Of a stretch of DNA of 64,000 bases, positions 1-10,804 are shown piece by piece (within the stretch, counting starts at the first letter, position 1; each line of letters begins with the position of its first letter). The notes beneath the pieces were generated by a model. The model was not told the DNA's origin. It made no database searches and saw only the letters and a list, made by a program, of their open reading frames with translations. Made by a program: the position numbers and the translations under genes. Location of the stretch: positions 1 to 64,000 of IMG/VR virus record IMGVR_UViG_2651870364_000001; one strand, 5' to 3'. Source of the DNA: a virus. Lineage: Duplodnaviria; Heunggongvirae; Uroviricota; Caudoviricetes.

Positions 1-17
1 TCGATTAAAAAAAAGTA

Positions 18-176
18 ACCAGAGATATCCGGTTTAAATGTAATATCTGATATTTTTGGATTATAATACTATGAGAACAACCAAAAATATCGGGTGTTAA
101 GCATAAAATAGTGCAAAAAATTATAAAAATAAACCAAAAATATCCGGTTTCCAATTGCATATCTGATATTTTTGGT
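18..176. repeat. Iteron array / candidate theta-replication origin. Three direct copies of AACCA(A/G)A(A/G)ATATC(C/G)GGT sit at ~18-36, 80-99 and 132-150. Two inverted partial copies (ATATCTGATATTTTTGG) sit at ~41-57 and 160-176.
   Basis: Direct and inverted repeats are visible in the AT-rich DNA immediately upstream of the rep ORF. Confidence 0.6.
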
Positions 177-247
177 TTACCATGGTAGAAAAAGGTAAAA
201 CAAATGATCGCAGATAATCCTGTAATATCAGATAATGGGAGATTGAA

Positions 248-1630
248 ATGGATAATTTAATGTTAAACCAAAAATCATATGGAAAATCCAACCTTATGAT
301 TTCTGCAAAGTTTAAGTCTTCCCTGCTTGAAAATAAGTTAATGGCGATTGCATTAACTAGAATCGAAACTGAATATAAGGATGGAGAGACAGTCTTAAAA
401 GCTAGATTATATCCTGGTGAGCTGAAAGAGCTAATTAGTGATCCGAATCATATTTATCGTGATTTAGCAGCAGTGTCGAAGTCTATAATTGGACATACTA
501 TGTTTCTGGAAGATGGCAATGGTAACTTCCAGGCATTTGCGGTCGTACCAAATGCAAAATATGAAGATGGTGTGTTTGAGATAGAGTTTAATCGTAAGAT
601 TAAAGAGCATATTTTAGGGCTGGATAAAAACTATACGCTCCTTAAATTATCTATTATGACGGGCTTTAGTAGTAATGCTACTTTTCGTATATATGAATTA
701 CTGAAAAAGGATTTATACCGTTGTGATCCGAAAGTTAATGGTGGGAGATTTAATGTTGAATATAATCTCTGCGAATTCCGGTTCTTAATCGGAATTGCTA
801 ATTCGGATAATCCTTTTGTAAAAAAAGCAGTTGACTCGATGAAAGAAATCGATTGGGATGAACTGTATACTATTTTGATTAAAAAGGGTAGTAAGTACGA
901 TGCAAAGTATAAAGAGCCATCCAAGTTAAAAAAGGATATACTTGATGTAGCCCAAAAAGAAATAGGAGAAAAGAGCGATCTTAGATTTGATTATGAATTA
1001 ATCAAAATAGGTAGGGCATATAAAAAAATCCTATTTAGTATTTATCCAAATAGAGTAAAAGAAGCAACACAGATAGAAAAGAATAAAGAGTTTATAGAAC
1101 GTCTCCAGGAGCCAAGGCAAATGGAGATACCAATGGACAGTACTGTAGAGAACCAGCATTTATACGAGAAATATGTTGGGCATGCAGGATTGGCAAAAGA
1201 AGATATAGATCTGTTATTAAAGAAAGCAGATTGGGATGCGTCAGTTGTGGAGTCTGCAATTAAATATGCTGATAAACAGGACGTAATAGAAAACTATGTT
1301 GGATATCTAGTTAGAGCCGTTGAACAAAAGTGGTACGATACAGAGCCAATAGTAGTCGTTAATGGATCAAAAGAGAAAGGGGATAGAATTAAGGAAGCTC
1401 AAGAGATTATTAAAAACAGAACGGATGAAGAAGAGAAAATTCGATTAGCAGACATTTGGAAAAAGAACTTCATGAGACAGCCAAAGATTTATCAGAATTT
1501 TATGGATTATCTCGATAAAGAAAAAGGCTTACCGGCAAAAGTCGTAGAAATGACTTATGTCGATTATGAGCTTGGAGCGATGCTGATTGAGTTTATAAGA
1601 GAGGGAAAGTGTGAATTACCTATTGGGTAA
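248..1630 (+). CDS. Plasmid-type replication initiator protein (Rep_3/RepB-like)
   Basis: A 460-aa ORF follows the iterons. The N-terminal region resembles Rep_3 initiators of Firmicutes theta plasmids, and the C-terminus is acidic. No search was done. Confidence 0.55.
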   Translation: MDNLMLNQKSYGKSNLMISAKFKSSLLENKLMAIALTRIETEYKDGETVLKARLYPGELKELISDPNHIYRDLAAVSKSIIGHTMFLEDGNGNFQAFAVVPNAKYEDGVFEIEFNRKIKEHILGLDKNYTLLKLSIMTGFSSNATFRIYELLKKDLYRCDPKVNGGRFNVEYNLCEFRFLIGIANSDNPFVKKAVDSMKEIDWDELYTILIKKGSKYDAKYKEPSKLKKDILDVAQKEIGEKSDLRFDYELIKIGRAYKKILFSIYPNRVKEATQIEKNKEFIERLQEPRQMEIPMDSTVENQHLYEKYVGHAGLAKEDIDLLLKKADWDASVVESAIKYADKQDVIENYVGYLVRAVEQKWYDTEPIVVVNGSKEKGDRIKEAQEIIKNRTDEEEKIRLADIWKKNFMRQPKIYQNFMDYLDKEKGLPAKVVEMTYVDYELGAMLIEFIREGKCELPIG

Positions 1631-1881
1631 TTAAATCTAAGCAATATTGTTGTAAGGGGGACAAGAATATGACAGTAAACGAACAAAGAAAAACAACAAG
1701 GGTATTTGTGAATAAACGGATATGATGAGGAAAAGAAGACGAGGACGGAAGATAATTCTGTCTTGGTCTTCTTTCTAATATTTAGAAGGAACATTCACTA
1801 GATATTTCTAATACTGTCCGATTTATAGGACACAATGTTTGATATCCTTAATTTGAAAAAGTACATAGAAAGAGTAAGAAA

Positions 1882-3477
1882 ATGGCAGAGAGTAAAGATT
1901 TATTACAGGTGTTGTGGAGCGGAGCAGATGAACTTCGTGGAAAAATGGATGCAAATGAGTATAAGACATATTTGTTAGGTCTTGTATTTTACAAATATTT
2001 ATCTGATTCATATTTGGCAAAAGTATATGATCTATTAAATGATGCGACACCAGACAGTCTTGATGAAGCACAAGAGCAGTATGAGGAAGTTATGAAGACC
2101 GATGACGCAGAAGACTTGCTGGCTGAATTAAGACACTCAATGCATTACACACTTGATCCTGATATGACATATGTAAGTATGTTAAATGATGCAAAGGATA
2201 ATCGTTTTAATCGTGAAAAACTTCAGGCTGCGTTTAATCGAATTCAGGAGTCAGATGAACTCTTTAATGGTTTGTTTGCTGATGTAGATTTATATTCAAA
2301 CAGACTTGGAACCGGAGATCAGAAGCAGAGTGCAACAATTGCAAATGTAATTAAAGTGCTTGACGGTGCAGATTTAATTCATGCTGAAGGGGATGTACTT
2401 GGAAACGCATATGAGTATTTGATTGGACAGTTTGCTTCTGAGACAGGAAAGAAAGCAGGAGAGTTCTATACTCCTCATGGTCCTGCACAGATTCTTTGTC
2501 GGATTGCAATGACAGGTCAGGAAGAAAAGAAAGGTTTACAGGTCTACGATCCGTGCATGGGTTCTGGATCTCTTATGCTCAGTTGTAGAAACTATTCTAA
2601 AGAGCCAGACTATATCAAATACTATGGTCAGGAATTAATGCCATCTACGTATAACCTTGCACGTATGAATATGTTCCTTCACGGAGTACTCCCAGAAAAT
2701 CAGCACTTACGTAATGGTGATACATTGGATGCTGACTGGCCTACAGATGAAGAAACAGAATTTGACGCAGTAACAATGAATCCACCTTATTCAGCTAAGT
2801 GGTCTGCAGCAGAAGGGTTTAAGCAGGATGAAAGATTTATGGACTATGGTGGTAAGCTTGCCCCTAAATCCAAGGCCGATTATGCGTTCTTACTTCATGG
2901 GTTCTATCATTTGAAGCAGACAGGAACCATGGCTATTGTATTGCCTCATGGAGTTTTATTTAGAGGAGCAGCAGAAGGTGTGATCAGAGAAACGCTTCTT
3001 AAGAATGGCTCTATCTATGCAGTTATAGGTTTACCTTCAAATATGTTCTACAACACATCTATTCCTACATGTATTATTGTGCTGAAAAAGCATAGAGAAG
3101 GAAGAGACGTTCTTTTCATTGATGCATCTAATCTTTATGAGAAAGATAAGAAGCAAAATGTGATGAATGAAGAACATATCGACAAAGTATTAGAGCTTTA
3201 TAACGACAGAAAATCTGTTGATAAGGTATCTTATCTTGCATCATATGAAGATATTGAAGCAAATGATTTTAACTTGAATATTCCTAGATATGTGGATACA
3301 AGTGAAGAAGAGCCAGAAATTGACTTGAAAGAGCTTTCCGGAAATATTCGTGCAACAAATAAAGAAATATCTGAAGGAAAGAATGCGCTTAAGGAAATGC
3401 TTAGCCAGCTCACTTTTAGTAATGATGAGACAAAGGAAGCTGTAGAGGATTTTATGGCAATCTTTGAGGAGGTGTAA
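1882..3477 (+). CDS. hsdM: Type I restriction-modification system, DNA methyltransferase subunit M
   Basis: An N6-adenine methyltransferase NPPY motif (VTMNPPYSAKW) and an AdoMet-binding region (DPCMGSGS) are present. The length is 531 aa, and the gene is followed directly by hsdS and hsdR. Confidence 0.9.
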   Translation: MAESKDLLQVLWSGADELRGKMDANEYKTYLLGLVFYKYLSDSYLAKVYDLLNDATPDSLDEAQEQYEEVMKTDDAEDLLAELRHSMHYTLDPDMTYVSMLNDAKDNRFNREKLQAAFNRIQESDELFNGLFADVDLYSNRLGTGDQKQSATIANVIKVLDGADLIHAEGDVLGNAYEYLIGQFASETGKKAGEFYTPHGPAQILCRIAMTGQEEKKGLQVYDPCMGSGSLMLSCRNYSKEPDYIKYYGQELMPSTYNLARMNMFLHGVLPENQHLRNGDTLDADWPTDEETEFDAVTMNPPYSAKWSAAEGFKQDERFMDYGGKLAPKSKADYAFLLHGFYHLKQTGTMAIVLPHGVLFRGAAEGVIRETLLKNGSIYAVIGLPSNMFYNTSIPTCIIVLKKHREGRDVLFIDASNLYEKDKKQNVMNEEHIDKVLELYNDRKSVDKVSYLASYEDIEANDFNLNIPRYVDTSEEEPEIDLKELSGNIRATNKEISEGKNALKEMLSQLTFSNDETKEAVEDFMAIFEEV

Positions 3478-3479
3478 GA

Positions 3480-4712
3480 ATGGCAAATACACCTAAGATT
3501 AGATTTGAAGGATTTACTGACAATTGGGAACAGCGTAAGGTTGGTGAACTATGCGAAAGAATCACAAGAAAGAATAAAAATGGTGAATCCGATCTGCCTC
3601 TCACGATTGCGTCACAATACGGTCTGATCGATCAGCGAGACTTCTTTAATAAGGTAGTTGCAGCCAAGGATATGTCAAATTATTACCTCCTGAAGAAGGG
3701 AGAATTTGCATACAATAAGAGCTATTCAAATGGTTTTGATTATGGTTCTATAAAACGCCTTAATGCTTATGAACAAGGCTGTTTGTCGACATTGTATATT
3801 TGCTTTGGAATCACATCTGATGATATAGAATCAGATTACCTGGAGTGTTTCTTTGATACACTTAAATGGTACTCAGACATAACAATGATTTGTGCTGAAG
3901 GGGCAAGAAATCATGGACTTTTAAATGTAGATACAAAGGCATTTTTTGATGAAGTAACTATCGAAATGCCTACATCTAAGGACGAACAAAAAAAGATTTC
4001 AGCATATTTGAATAACCTCGATAACCTTATCACCCTTCATCAGCGTAAGTGTGACGAGACAAAAGAATTAAAAAAATATATGCTTCAAAAAATGTTTCCG
4101 AAAAAAGGTGAGAAAGTTCCAGAAATTCGATTTGCTGGATTTACTGACGATTGGGAACAGCGTAAGTTCGGTGAGTTATTAAATGAGACCAGAGAAAAGA
4201 CTACTGTAGAAGATGAGGATACATTACTTTCATGTGCAATAGATGGAATGTTTCTCAACTCTGAGTTATTTAGTCACTTTAGAGGCTCATCCAATATTGG
4301 ATACTTAAAAGTAAAAAAGAACGATTTGATTTTATCAGCACAGAACTTACATTTAGGAAATTGTAATGTCAATTTACGCTTCGAACATGGCATAATATCG
4401 CCTGCTTATAAGGTTTATGAACTGATAAACTGTAATCCATTGTTTATGCAAGCATGGATCAAGCAAGATAAGACAAAAGATTTCTTTTTAAAGGCATCGA
4501 CTGAAGGGGCAAGTGTTTGTAGAAAAAATATAGTTTGGGAAGAATTATATAAGCAGGAGTTGCCTGTTCCGAAAATTGATGAACAGGAAAAAATTGGAAA
4601 GTTCTTTCATGAACTCGATAACCTTATCACCCTTCATCAGCGGAAGTGTGACGAGACAAAAACAGTAAAGAAGTACATGCTACAAAATATGTTTCCAGGA
4701 AAGGACGATTAA
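3480..4712 (+). CDS. hsdS: Type I restriction-modification system, specificity subunit S
   Basis: There are two target-recognition domains. Each is followed by the same conserved repeat (LDNLITLHQRKCDETK, found twice). The start codon overlaps the hsdM stop. Confidence 0.85.
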   Translation: MANTPKIRFEGFTDNWEQRKVGELCERITRKNKNGESDLPLTIASQYGLIDQRDFFNKVVAAKDMSNYYLLKKGEFAYNKSYSNGFDYGSIKRLNAYEQGCLSTLYICFGITSDDIESDYLECFFDTLKWYSDITMICAEGARNHGLLNVDTKAFFDEVTIEMPTSKDEQKKISAYLNNLDNLITLHQRKCDETKELKKYMLQKMFPKKGEKVPEIRFAGFTDDWEQRKFGELLNETREKTTVEDEDTLLSCAIDGMFLNSELFSHFRGSSNIGYLKVKKNDLILSAQNLHLGNCNVNLRFEHGIISPAYKVYELINCNPLFMQAWIKQDKTKDFFLKASTEGASVCRKNIVWEELYKQELPVPKIDEQEKIGKFFHELDNLITLHQRKCDETKTVKKYMLQNMFPGKDD

Positions 4713-4714
4713 CA

Positions 4715-7672
4715 ATGGCTGGACTTGAATCAGAAATAGAAGAGAGACTTATACATCAGCTAAGCAGCAGTGAGTCACAGTGGACATACCGCCCAGATAT
4801 CAGAACGGAAGAACAACTCTGGAATAATTTCAAATATATTCTGGAACAGAATAATAAGGATAAGTTAAATGATACTCCTTTATCTGAATCCGAGTTTGCC
4901 AAAGTAAAAAATGATTTATCACATGCTTCATTTTATGATGCTGGTAAATGGCTTGTTGGAGAAAATGGAAAAGTATATGTTCATGTTCAAAGAGGAAATG
5001 AAACTCTTCATTTAATGGTAATGAATAATGAGCATATTGCTGGTGGCACAAGTACTTATGAGGTGATTAATCAGTATCAGGCATTTGCTGACGAAGAAGA
5101 TGAACAAAGTCGTGATCGACGTTTTGATGTTACGCTGCTTATCAATGGTATTCCATTGATCCATATTGAATTAAAGAATAAAGATCATTCATATATGGAT
5201 GGTTATCGCCAGATTAAGAAGTATATAGCTGAAGGAAAATTTCATGGTATTTTTTCTAACGTCCAGATGTTCGTTGTAAGTAATGCGGTAGATACAAAGT
5301 ATTTCTCAGCGGCAAGAGATACAGAGCTTAATAAGAAGTTTTTGACCGGGTGGATTGACCATGAAAATCTACCAGTATGTGATTATATTGAGTTTGCAAA
5401 GTCAGTTTTAAAGATACCGGAAGCTCATGAAATGGTAACAAAATATACAGTCTTGGATAATGATAAAAAGAAATTGCTTATTTTAAGACCGTATCAGATT
5501 CATGCAATTGAAGCCATGAGGACAGCATCAAAGTCTGGTAAGTCTGGTTTTATTTGGCATACAACCGGTTCAGGTAAGACTATGACTTCGTATAAGGCCA
5601 CAAGAAATTTGTTGATGGATATCCCATCAATAGAGAAAACAGTCTTTCTGATTGATAGAAAAGATTTGGATATGCAGACTAAAGGTGCGTTCCAATCATA
5701 TGCAGATAATGACACCATTGATGTTGATGATACAGAAAACGTCGGCAGTCTAGTTAAACGACTAGCAGATGATAATCGACAAATGATTGTCACTACAAGA
5801 CAGAAGATGCAAGTGATGATTAATCGTCGTTTGCAAAAAGGTACAAGGGAATATGAAAAGATTCGTTCTCTGAAGGTTGCTTTTGTTGTTGATGAATGTC
5901 ACCGGGCTGTGACTCCTCAGACGAAGAGAGAAATAGAGCGATTCTTCAGTAATTCGCTTTGGTTTGGTTTTACAGGAACGCCTATTTTTGAAGAAAATAA
6001 GTATGAACAGAAGGGTGATTTGGCACAGACAACAGAGGAACTATATGGACCGTGTTTGCATAGCTATACCATAAAGGAAGCTATTCATGATGGTGCAGTT
6101 CTAGGATTTAATGTTGAGAATATTGGTCCGAAGGATATAAAGCCGGATGAAGAGGAAGCTTATTATCATAGTGAAAACCATATGAGAAGCGTCCTTAATA
6201 TTATTCTTAATCAATCAACAGTAAAGTTTGGTATACAGAATGGTCGAGGAAAATCGTATGAAGCAATGTTAACAGTTGATTCAATTGCGACAGCGCAGAA
6301 ATATTATGATCTTCTCATAAAGATAAAGAACGATGAGGATGAACTTAAAATAAATGAGGATATAAAACGTGCGCTTCCAGATTTTCCAAAGGTAGCTGTT
6401 ACATTTTCTGTTTCAGAAAATGAGGATTCTTCACAAAAGAATCAAAATGCTATGCGGAACATACTACTTAATTATAACGATACATATGGTACTAACTATC
6501 GATTAGAAGGGTTAGGTGCATATAACAATAATCTAAATGATCGTCTTGCAAGAAAAGAAAAGCGTTATTATGACAGGGATCAGCAAGTGGATTTGGTCAT
6601 TGTAGTAGACCGTTTACTAACAGGATTCGATGCGCCGTGTTTATCTACGTTGTTCATAGATAGACCACCGATGAGTCCGCAGGGATTGATCCAGGCGTTC
6701 TCACGTACAAATAGATTATTTGATACGAAAAAAGAATATGGCCAGATTGTAACGTTCCGTTCACCAAAAGAATATAAGCAGAAGATTAATGATGCTTTGG
6801 TACTGTATTCGAAAGGTGGATTTGGAAAGGCATTAGCAGAAGACTGGGATACAGTACTAGATAACTTTAATGTATCATTAAAGACCATTAAAACGTTTGT
6901 TGCCACACCAGAAGATGCACTAAATCTTTCTAAAAAACAGATGAAAACATTTGTACATTTATTTAGAGATTTGGATCATGACTATGCGCATCTGAAATCG
7001 TTTTCAACTTATACACCGGAAGTAATAGAAAAGTTCGGTTTTGGACAAGATGTTTATGAGGACTATGCAGCGACATATAACAATATTGTTGAAATCTTAA
7101 AGAAGGAAAAACCTGAAAATAAAGGTAATTCTGTTGTAACAGATGATTATGAGTTAGTGGCCTACAACAAGTTTAAGATAGATTTCGAATACATCGTTGA
7201 ATTATTGCAAGGATTTATTGATATCTTGAAGCCTGGAGCAGAAGAGCTTAATAAAGAAAGTTTTGAACATAAGTTATCAGAGCTGCGTGATATTGTTCGT
7301 GAGTATGCAGAAGACAATCCAAGTCTTGGTAATATTCTTACACAAGTGCTGGATGAAATTGAGAACGATAAAAATAAGTACCTGGGACAGGATATTTCTG
7401 TGATAATCAACCAAATGAGATATACAGCTATTGATAAGGAAGTTGAAGAATTTGCAGCTAAGTGGTTCATTGATTTTGAAAATGTTAGATACGAAGCATA
7501 TAATTTCAAGGATGGAGAGCTTGCAAATGAGAATAAGCTAAAAGAGAATGCGGATTATTCAGCATATAAAACTTCAACAGAGAATGCCTTACCAAAGTTT
7601 AAGTTTAATGGTGCGTTGATCCGTGATTTTAAGGAACACTTAATGCCGACCATTGCTCCATTGATGGGTTAA
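4715..7672 (+). CDS. hsdR: Type I restriction enzyme, restriction subunit R (helicase/nuclease)
   Basis: A 985-aa ORF with Walker A (HTTGSGKT) and a DEAH-like motif (VVDECHR). It has typical HsdR architecture and lies immediately downstream of hsdS. Confidence 0.9.
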   Translation: MAGLESEIEERLIHQLSSSESQWTYRPDIRTEEQLWNNFKYILEQNNKDKLNDTPLSESEFAKVKNDLSHASFYDAGKWLVGENGKVYVHVQRGNETLHLMVMNNEHIAGGTSTYEVINQYQAFADEEDEQSRDRRFDVTLLINGIPLIHIELKNKDHSYMDGYRQIKKYIAEGKFHGIFSNVQMFVVSNAVDTKYFSAARDTELNKKFLTGWIDHENLPVCDYIEFAKSVLKIPEAHEMVTKYTVLDNDKKKLLILRPYQIHAIEAMRTASKSGKSGFIWHTTGSGKTMTSYKATRNLLMDIPSIEKTVFLIDRKDLDMQTKGAFQSYADNDTIDVDDTENVGSLVKRLADDNRQMIVTTRQKMQVMINRRLQKGTREYEKIRSLKVAFVVDECHRAVTPQTKREIERFFSNSLWFGFTGTPIFEENKYEQKGDLAQTTEELYGPCLHSYTIKEAIHDGAVLGFNVENIGPKDIKPDEEEAYYHSENHMRSVLNIILNQSTVKFGIQNGRGKSYEAMLTVDSIATAQKYYDLLIKIKNDEDELKINEDIKRALPDFPKVAVTFSVSENEDSSQKNQNAMRNILLNYNDTYGTNYRLEGLGAYNNNLNDRLARKEKRYYDRDQQVDLVIVVDRLLTGFDAPCLSTLFIDRPPMSPQGLIQAFSRTNRLFDTKKEYGQIVTFRSPKEYKQKINDALVLYSKGGFGKALAEDWDTVLDNFNVSLKTIKTFVATPEDALNLSKKQMKTFVHLFRDLDHDYAHLKSFSTYTPEVIEKFGFGQDVYEDYAATYNNIVEILKKEKPENKGNSVVTDDYELVAYNKFKIDFEYIVELLQGFIDILKPGAEELNKESFEHKLSELRDIVREYAEDNPSLGNILTQVLDEIENDKNKYLGQDISVIINQMRYTAIDKEVEEFAAKWFIDFENVRYEAYNFKDGELANENKLKENADYSAYKTSTENALPKFKFNGALIRDFKEHLMPTIAPLMG

Positions 7673-7782
7673 CAATAAATTGCAAAAGATTGCAATTTCA
7701 TCAATTTCAAAGTCCTTTAATAAGGACACCATAAGTGCTAAAGTGAAAATGTAGTGCAGAGTACAACAATAGGGAGGCAAGT

Positions 7783-8415
7783 ATGATACGAAAAATCTTT
7801 GGTTATTTTTGTGCGTTCATGGGAGTTGCAGGTCTATTAACTATAATCACTGGTCAAAGCTCTGATAGTTTAGCTGCGTTGATCGGGATATCGGTTTTCT
7901 TTCTGGCTATAGCGGCACTTTGTTTAGTTCCAAGAAAAGAAAAACCAGGTGAAGTAAGCTGGGTAGAGCAAAAGAAGGCTCAAAGTGAATTAAGAAAAAA
8001 ACAAGTGAGTGGCACTCATATGGCTGGATTAAGCATTGCGGAAGGTATTTCAACTATAATCACATTTGCTGACAATGAGATCACAATGGACGCTAATTCT
8101 ACGCAATTTTCGGTCACTTACGATAAAGTTTCAGATGTTCAGGTAATGACAAACGTAGACATTCAAAAGCAGTATGTTTCATCCATTGGCGGAGCAGTAG
8201 GAGGTGCAGTGCTTTTCGGACCATTAGGAGCAATGGTTGGAGGCAGAGCTAAACAGAAGAAGATCCGAACTATTGAGAATTACTTGGTAATCACATATTG
8301 GAAAGATGATACGCTAGATTACATATCATTCAAATTATTCGAGAGATCTAACGCTGATAGACTCATCGAAAAGAATAAAAGCAAATTCACTGGTGCAAAA
8401 AAGATCGAACTGTAA
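7783..8415 (+). CDS. Hypothetical membrane protein (two N-terminal TM helices, Gly-rich segment)
   Basis: Hydrophobic N-terminus (FCAFMGVAGLLTIITG..., AALIGISVFFLAIAALCLV). No recognisable catalytic motif. Confidence 0.4.
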   Translation: MIRKIFGYFCAFMGVAGLLTIITGQSSDSLAALIGISVFFLAIAALCLVPRKEKPGEVSWVEQKKAQSELRKKQVSGTHMAGLSIAEGISTIITFADNEITMDANSTQFSVTYDKVSDVQVMTNVDIQKQYVSSIGGAVGGAVLFGPLGAMVGGRAKQKKIRTIENYLVITYWKDDTLDYISFKLFERSNADRLIEKNKSKFTGAKKIEL

Positions 8416-8560
8416 TTGGTGGTAGCTATGGAATAATTAGGACAAAAACAACTAGGTGAGCTGAGCAATACGCCAAATATCAAAGGGGAAAGAGGCGAAG
8501 ATGTAAGAATAGTCCTAAATATTCCATGATAACATTACATGCTAAGAAGGGAGAAGAGTT

Positions 8561-9655
8561 ATGAAAAAGTCGCTAAGAAAATTAGCAATCATGACATTGG
8601 CTGTAATTACCGTTGTATCTTTGTTTGGAACTACAGCTCAGGCAAAGAAGAAAAAGAAGACCAAAACGAAAGCAAAAGTAGTGTATCAGAAGCCTTCGAT
8701 TGAGATACCGGATGATCTCTATCTCAAAAAAGGATCACGTATTGATCTGAAAGCAAAAAATTTTACTTGGCTTTCATGTAAAGTGAAAAATATAGATTAC
8801 CAAGATTGTGAAGGATATATTTCCATATCAAAAAAAGGAATTTTGACAGTAAATAAGACTCCAGAAGTGCAACGAAATTTTGATCTGGATATTGAAGGTG
8901 GAAATAAAAAGTATAAACTCAATAACACCTGGATCACGATTCATTTGTATCCTGAAGACTATGTGATTACACATCCATACGGTATTAGCAACGCTGACGG
9001 TGAAGGGCTTGAAAATGAGCCAAAGCTTCCTTATACAGTAAAGCTCAAAGGATATAATGATTTTTATAATGCAGCATATTATAAAATCAAAAACGATAAT
9101 AACTACCCAATATCAGTAGATATAGAATGGCAAATTAAAAATAAAGCAGGAGAATTGATAAAAAAAGGAGAGCAAGGTTATTGTAGTAACGCCACAATAA
9201 TTGGTACATTAGCAGGCAATGAGTTTGATGTATATATCATGCCAGGAGAAACATACACTATACCTATTATTATGGATAAAAAAGAAACAGATTATATGAA
9301 CTGGGATTATTCAATGAGAGTAATCGATTATAAGATTCCCTTTGTTTATTGGAAGCCTAAAACCTTTTCATGTGGTACTGTAACTTCACAAAAATTGAGA
9401 AGGGGGCGTATAGAATTTTTGCTTCCGTTTGAAGTTTCGGAACAAAACCCAAATAGAAATGATTCTATGGCTAGAGTAAGTTTTGTAAAAAATGGAGAAG
9501 AAATTGGTTCTCTTACCACTTACATCAAAGAAAATAGAACGGTATCATTGCGCGATGAATATGGAATAGATAAGCATCTGCGTCCAGACATTGATAATGT
9601 TATTGTTAAACCTACCGTCACAGCAGTAGAAACGTTTCGTAAAGTCAGATATTAA
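8561..9655 (+). CDS. Hypothetical secreted protein
   Basis: A signal peptide (MKKSLRKLAIMTLAVITVVSLFGTTAQA) is followed by a poly-Lys tract. A good RBS (GGGAG) lies upstream. Confidence 0.45.
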   Translation: MKKSLRKLAIMTLAVITVVSLFGTTAQAKKKKKTKTKAKVVYQKPSIEIPDDLYLKKGSRIDLKAKNFTWLSCKVKNIDYQDCEGYISISKKGILTVNKTPEVQRNFDLDIEGGNKKYKLNNTWITIHLYPEDYVITHPYGISNADGEGLENEPKLPYTVKLKGYNDFYNAAYYKIKNDNNYPISVDIEWQIKNKAGELIKKGEQGYCSNATIIGTLAGNEFDVYIMPGETYTIPIIMDKKETDYMNWDYSMRVIDYKIPFVYWKPKTFSCGTVTSQKLRRGRIEFLLPFEVSEQNPNRNDSMARVSFVKNGEEIGSLTTYIKENRTVSLRDEYGIDKHLRPDIDNVIVKPTVTAVETFRKVRY

Positions 9656-9662
9656 ATATGAT

Positions 9663-9706
9663 AAAGGGCTTTGCCTAGATATCGTGTCTAGGTAAGGCCT
9701 TTTATT
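9663..9706 (+). terminator. Rho-independent terminator after the secreted-protein gene
   Basis: The sequence GGGCTTTGCCTAGA...TCTAGGTAAGGCC forms a hairpin that is followed by TTTTATT. Confidence 0.5.
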
Positions 9707-9828
9707 ATATATCAAGCAAAGGGAAAAGTAGAATACATACTTTGTATAACCATGAGCTGTTCGCATAATATTAGTTAAACGAATAAAACATAGATGTAAG
9801 AACGGTTTTTGTATGATACAATAATTAT

Positions 9829-10396
9829 ATGAAGAATTACGCTTGTAAATTAACTAAAAACTACGTGAATAACGTGGCAGCATTCTATGCAGCTGTCCTA
9901 AAGGTTAAAGTACCTTTGATTCGTTTTGAAGAACAGGCTTGTGACAAAGGGATTACCTGTAGGTATTATGTTGAAGTTCGGGAACAAAAAGTTTATCAAG
10001 GGGAACTATACTTCAATCTATCTTTAACACATGATATCAGGCAGTTTTATTTTTTCCTTGGCTCATGAGATGAGACATCATTATCAGGCAATGGCTATTT
10101 CTGATAAGGAAAGACACTTGGAGTTTCCTGAGAAGATTAAGATATGGGAATCTGAGATGCTATCGTATAAAGAGAATAATCAACCTGGATATGATGATCA
10201 AGATATTGAATTAGATGCAAATGCTTTTGGTATACTGATGATGAATCTCTTATTTGATGAAGTAACTCCAGTTAACCCTAAGAAAGTCAATATAGAACTA
10301 TTGGAGAATGCAATTGATAGAATTGCAGATGTGTATGACAATGACTGGTTATTTGATTTAGCAGAGGATTATAATCTTCCAGTATCTTTAGGATAA
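9829..10396 (+). pseudogene. ImmA/IrrE-family Zn-metalloprotease-like gene, split by a +/-1 frameshift in a T-run (two ORFs, 9829-10068 and 10031-10396)
   Basis: HEXXH (SLAHEMRHH) and a downstream E..ANAF motif (DIELDANAFG) are typical of ImmA/IrrE (COG2856) proteases. The two ORFs overlap in different frames at the TTTTATTTTTT tract (10047-10057). Confidence 0.4.
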
Positions 10397-10399
10397 GAA

Positions 10400-10424
10400 A
10401 ACCACCTCGAAAAAGAGGTGGTTA
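10400..10424. terminator. Bidirectional terminator at the point where the + block and the - block converge
   Basis: A perfect 9-bp stem (AACCACCTC gaaaaa GAGGTGGTT) lies between convergent genes. It is flanked by an A-run and a T-run. Confidence 0.55.
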
Positions 10425-10429
10425 TTGCT

Positions 10430-10804
10430 TTAGGCAGAAGTCTTATTACATTCTTCTTTATATTCTTTTGGAATTAGGGAATAAATATCCGGTATTCCTG
10501 CAGTAAACGGGTTGCTCATTGAGACGTCAATGGAACCAAGCTGTTTATCTACAACCTTGAAGGACATAATCTCATGATCTAATCCGGTACCATATACTAT
10601 TGCATCTGATCCGATTTTGATTTGAGTAAAATCCTCGTCGTTGATAATAATCTTATTTTCCGGAGGCTCTTCTTCTACAGTAAATCCCCCGTGAAAATGA
10701 ATCTGGATCCCATTTGACTCAATATTAATCCATAGAGAGAAGGTATCGTCTTCCTCAATGACATTCTGAATGAATTTTGCAACAGTTCCAAAATAATGTG
10801 ACAT
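10430..10804 (-). CDS. Hypothetical protein
   Basis: A 124-aa ORF. It is the first gene of the long minus-strand block. Confidence 0.4.
   Translation of the reverse strand: MSHYFGTVAKFIQNVIEEDDTFSLWINIESNGIQIHFHGGFTVEEEPPENKIIINDEDFTQIKIGSDAIVYGTGLDHEIMSFKVVDKQLGSIDVSMSNPFTAGIPDIYSLIPKEYKEECNKTSA

Noticed and set aside
631-924. Antisense ORFs inside longer genes (for example 631-924, 12821-13513, 15203-15868, 40502-41131, 53385-54004)
   Set aside because: They are fully embedded antisense to well-supported CDSs, have low-complexity hydrophobic translations and have no RBS.
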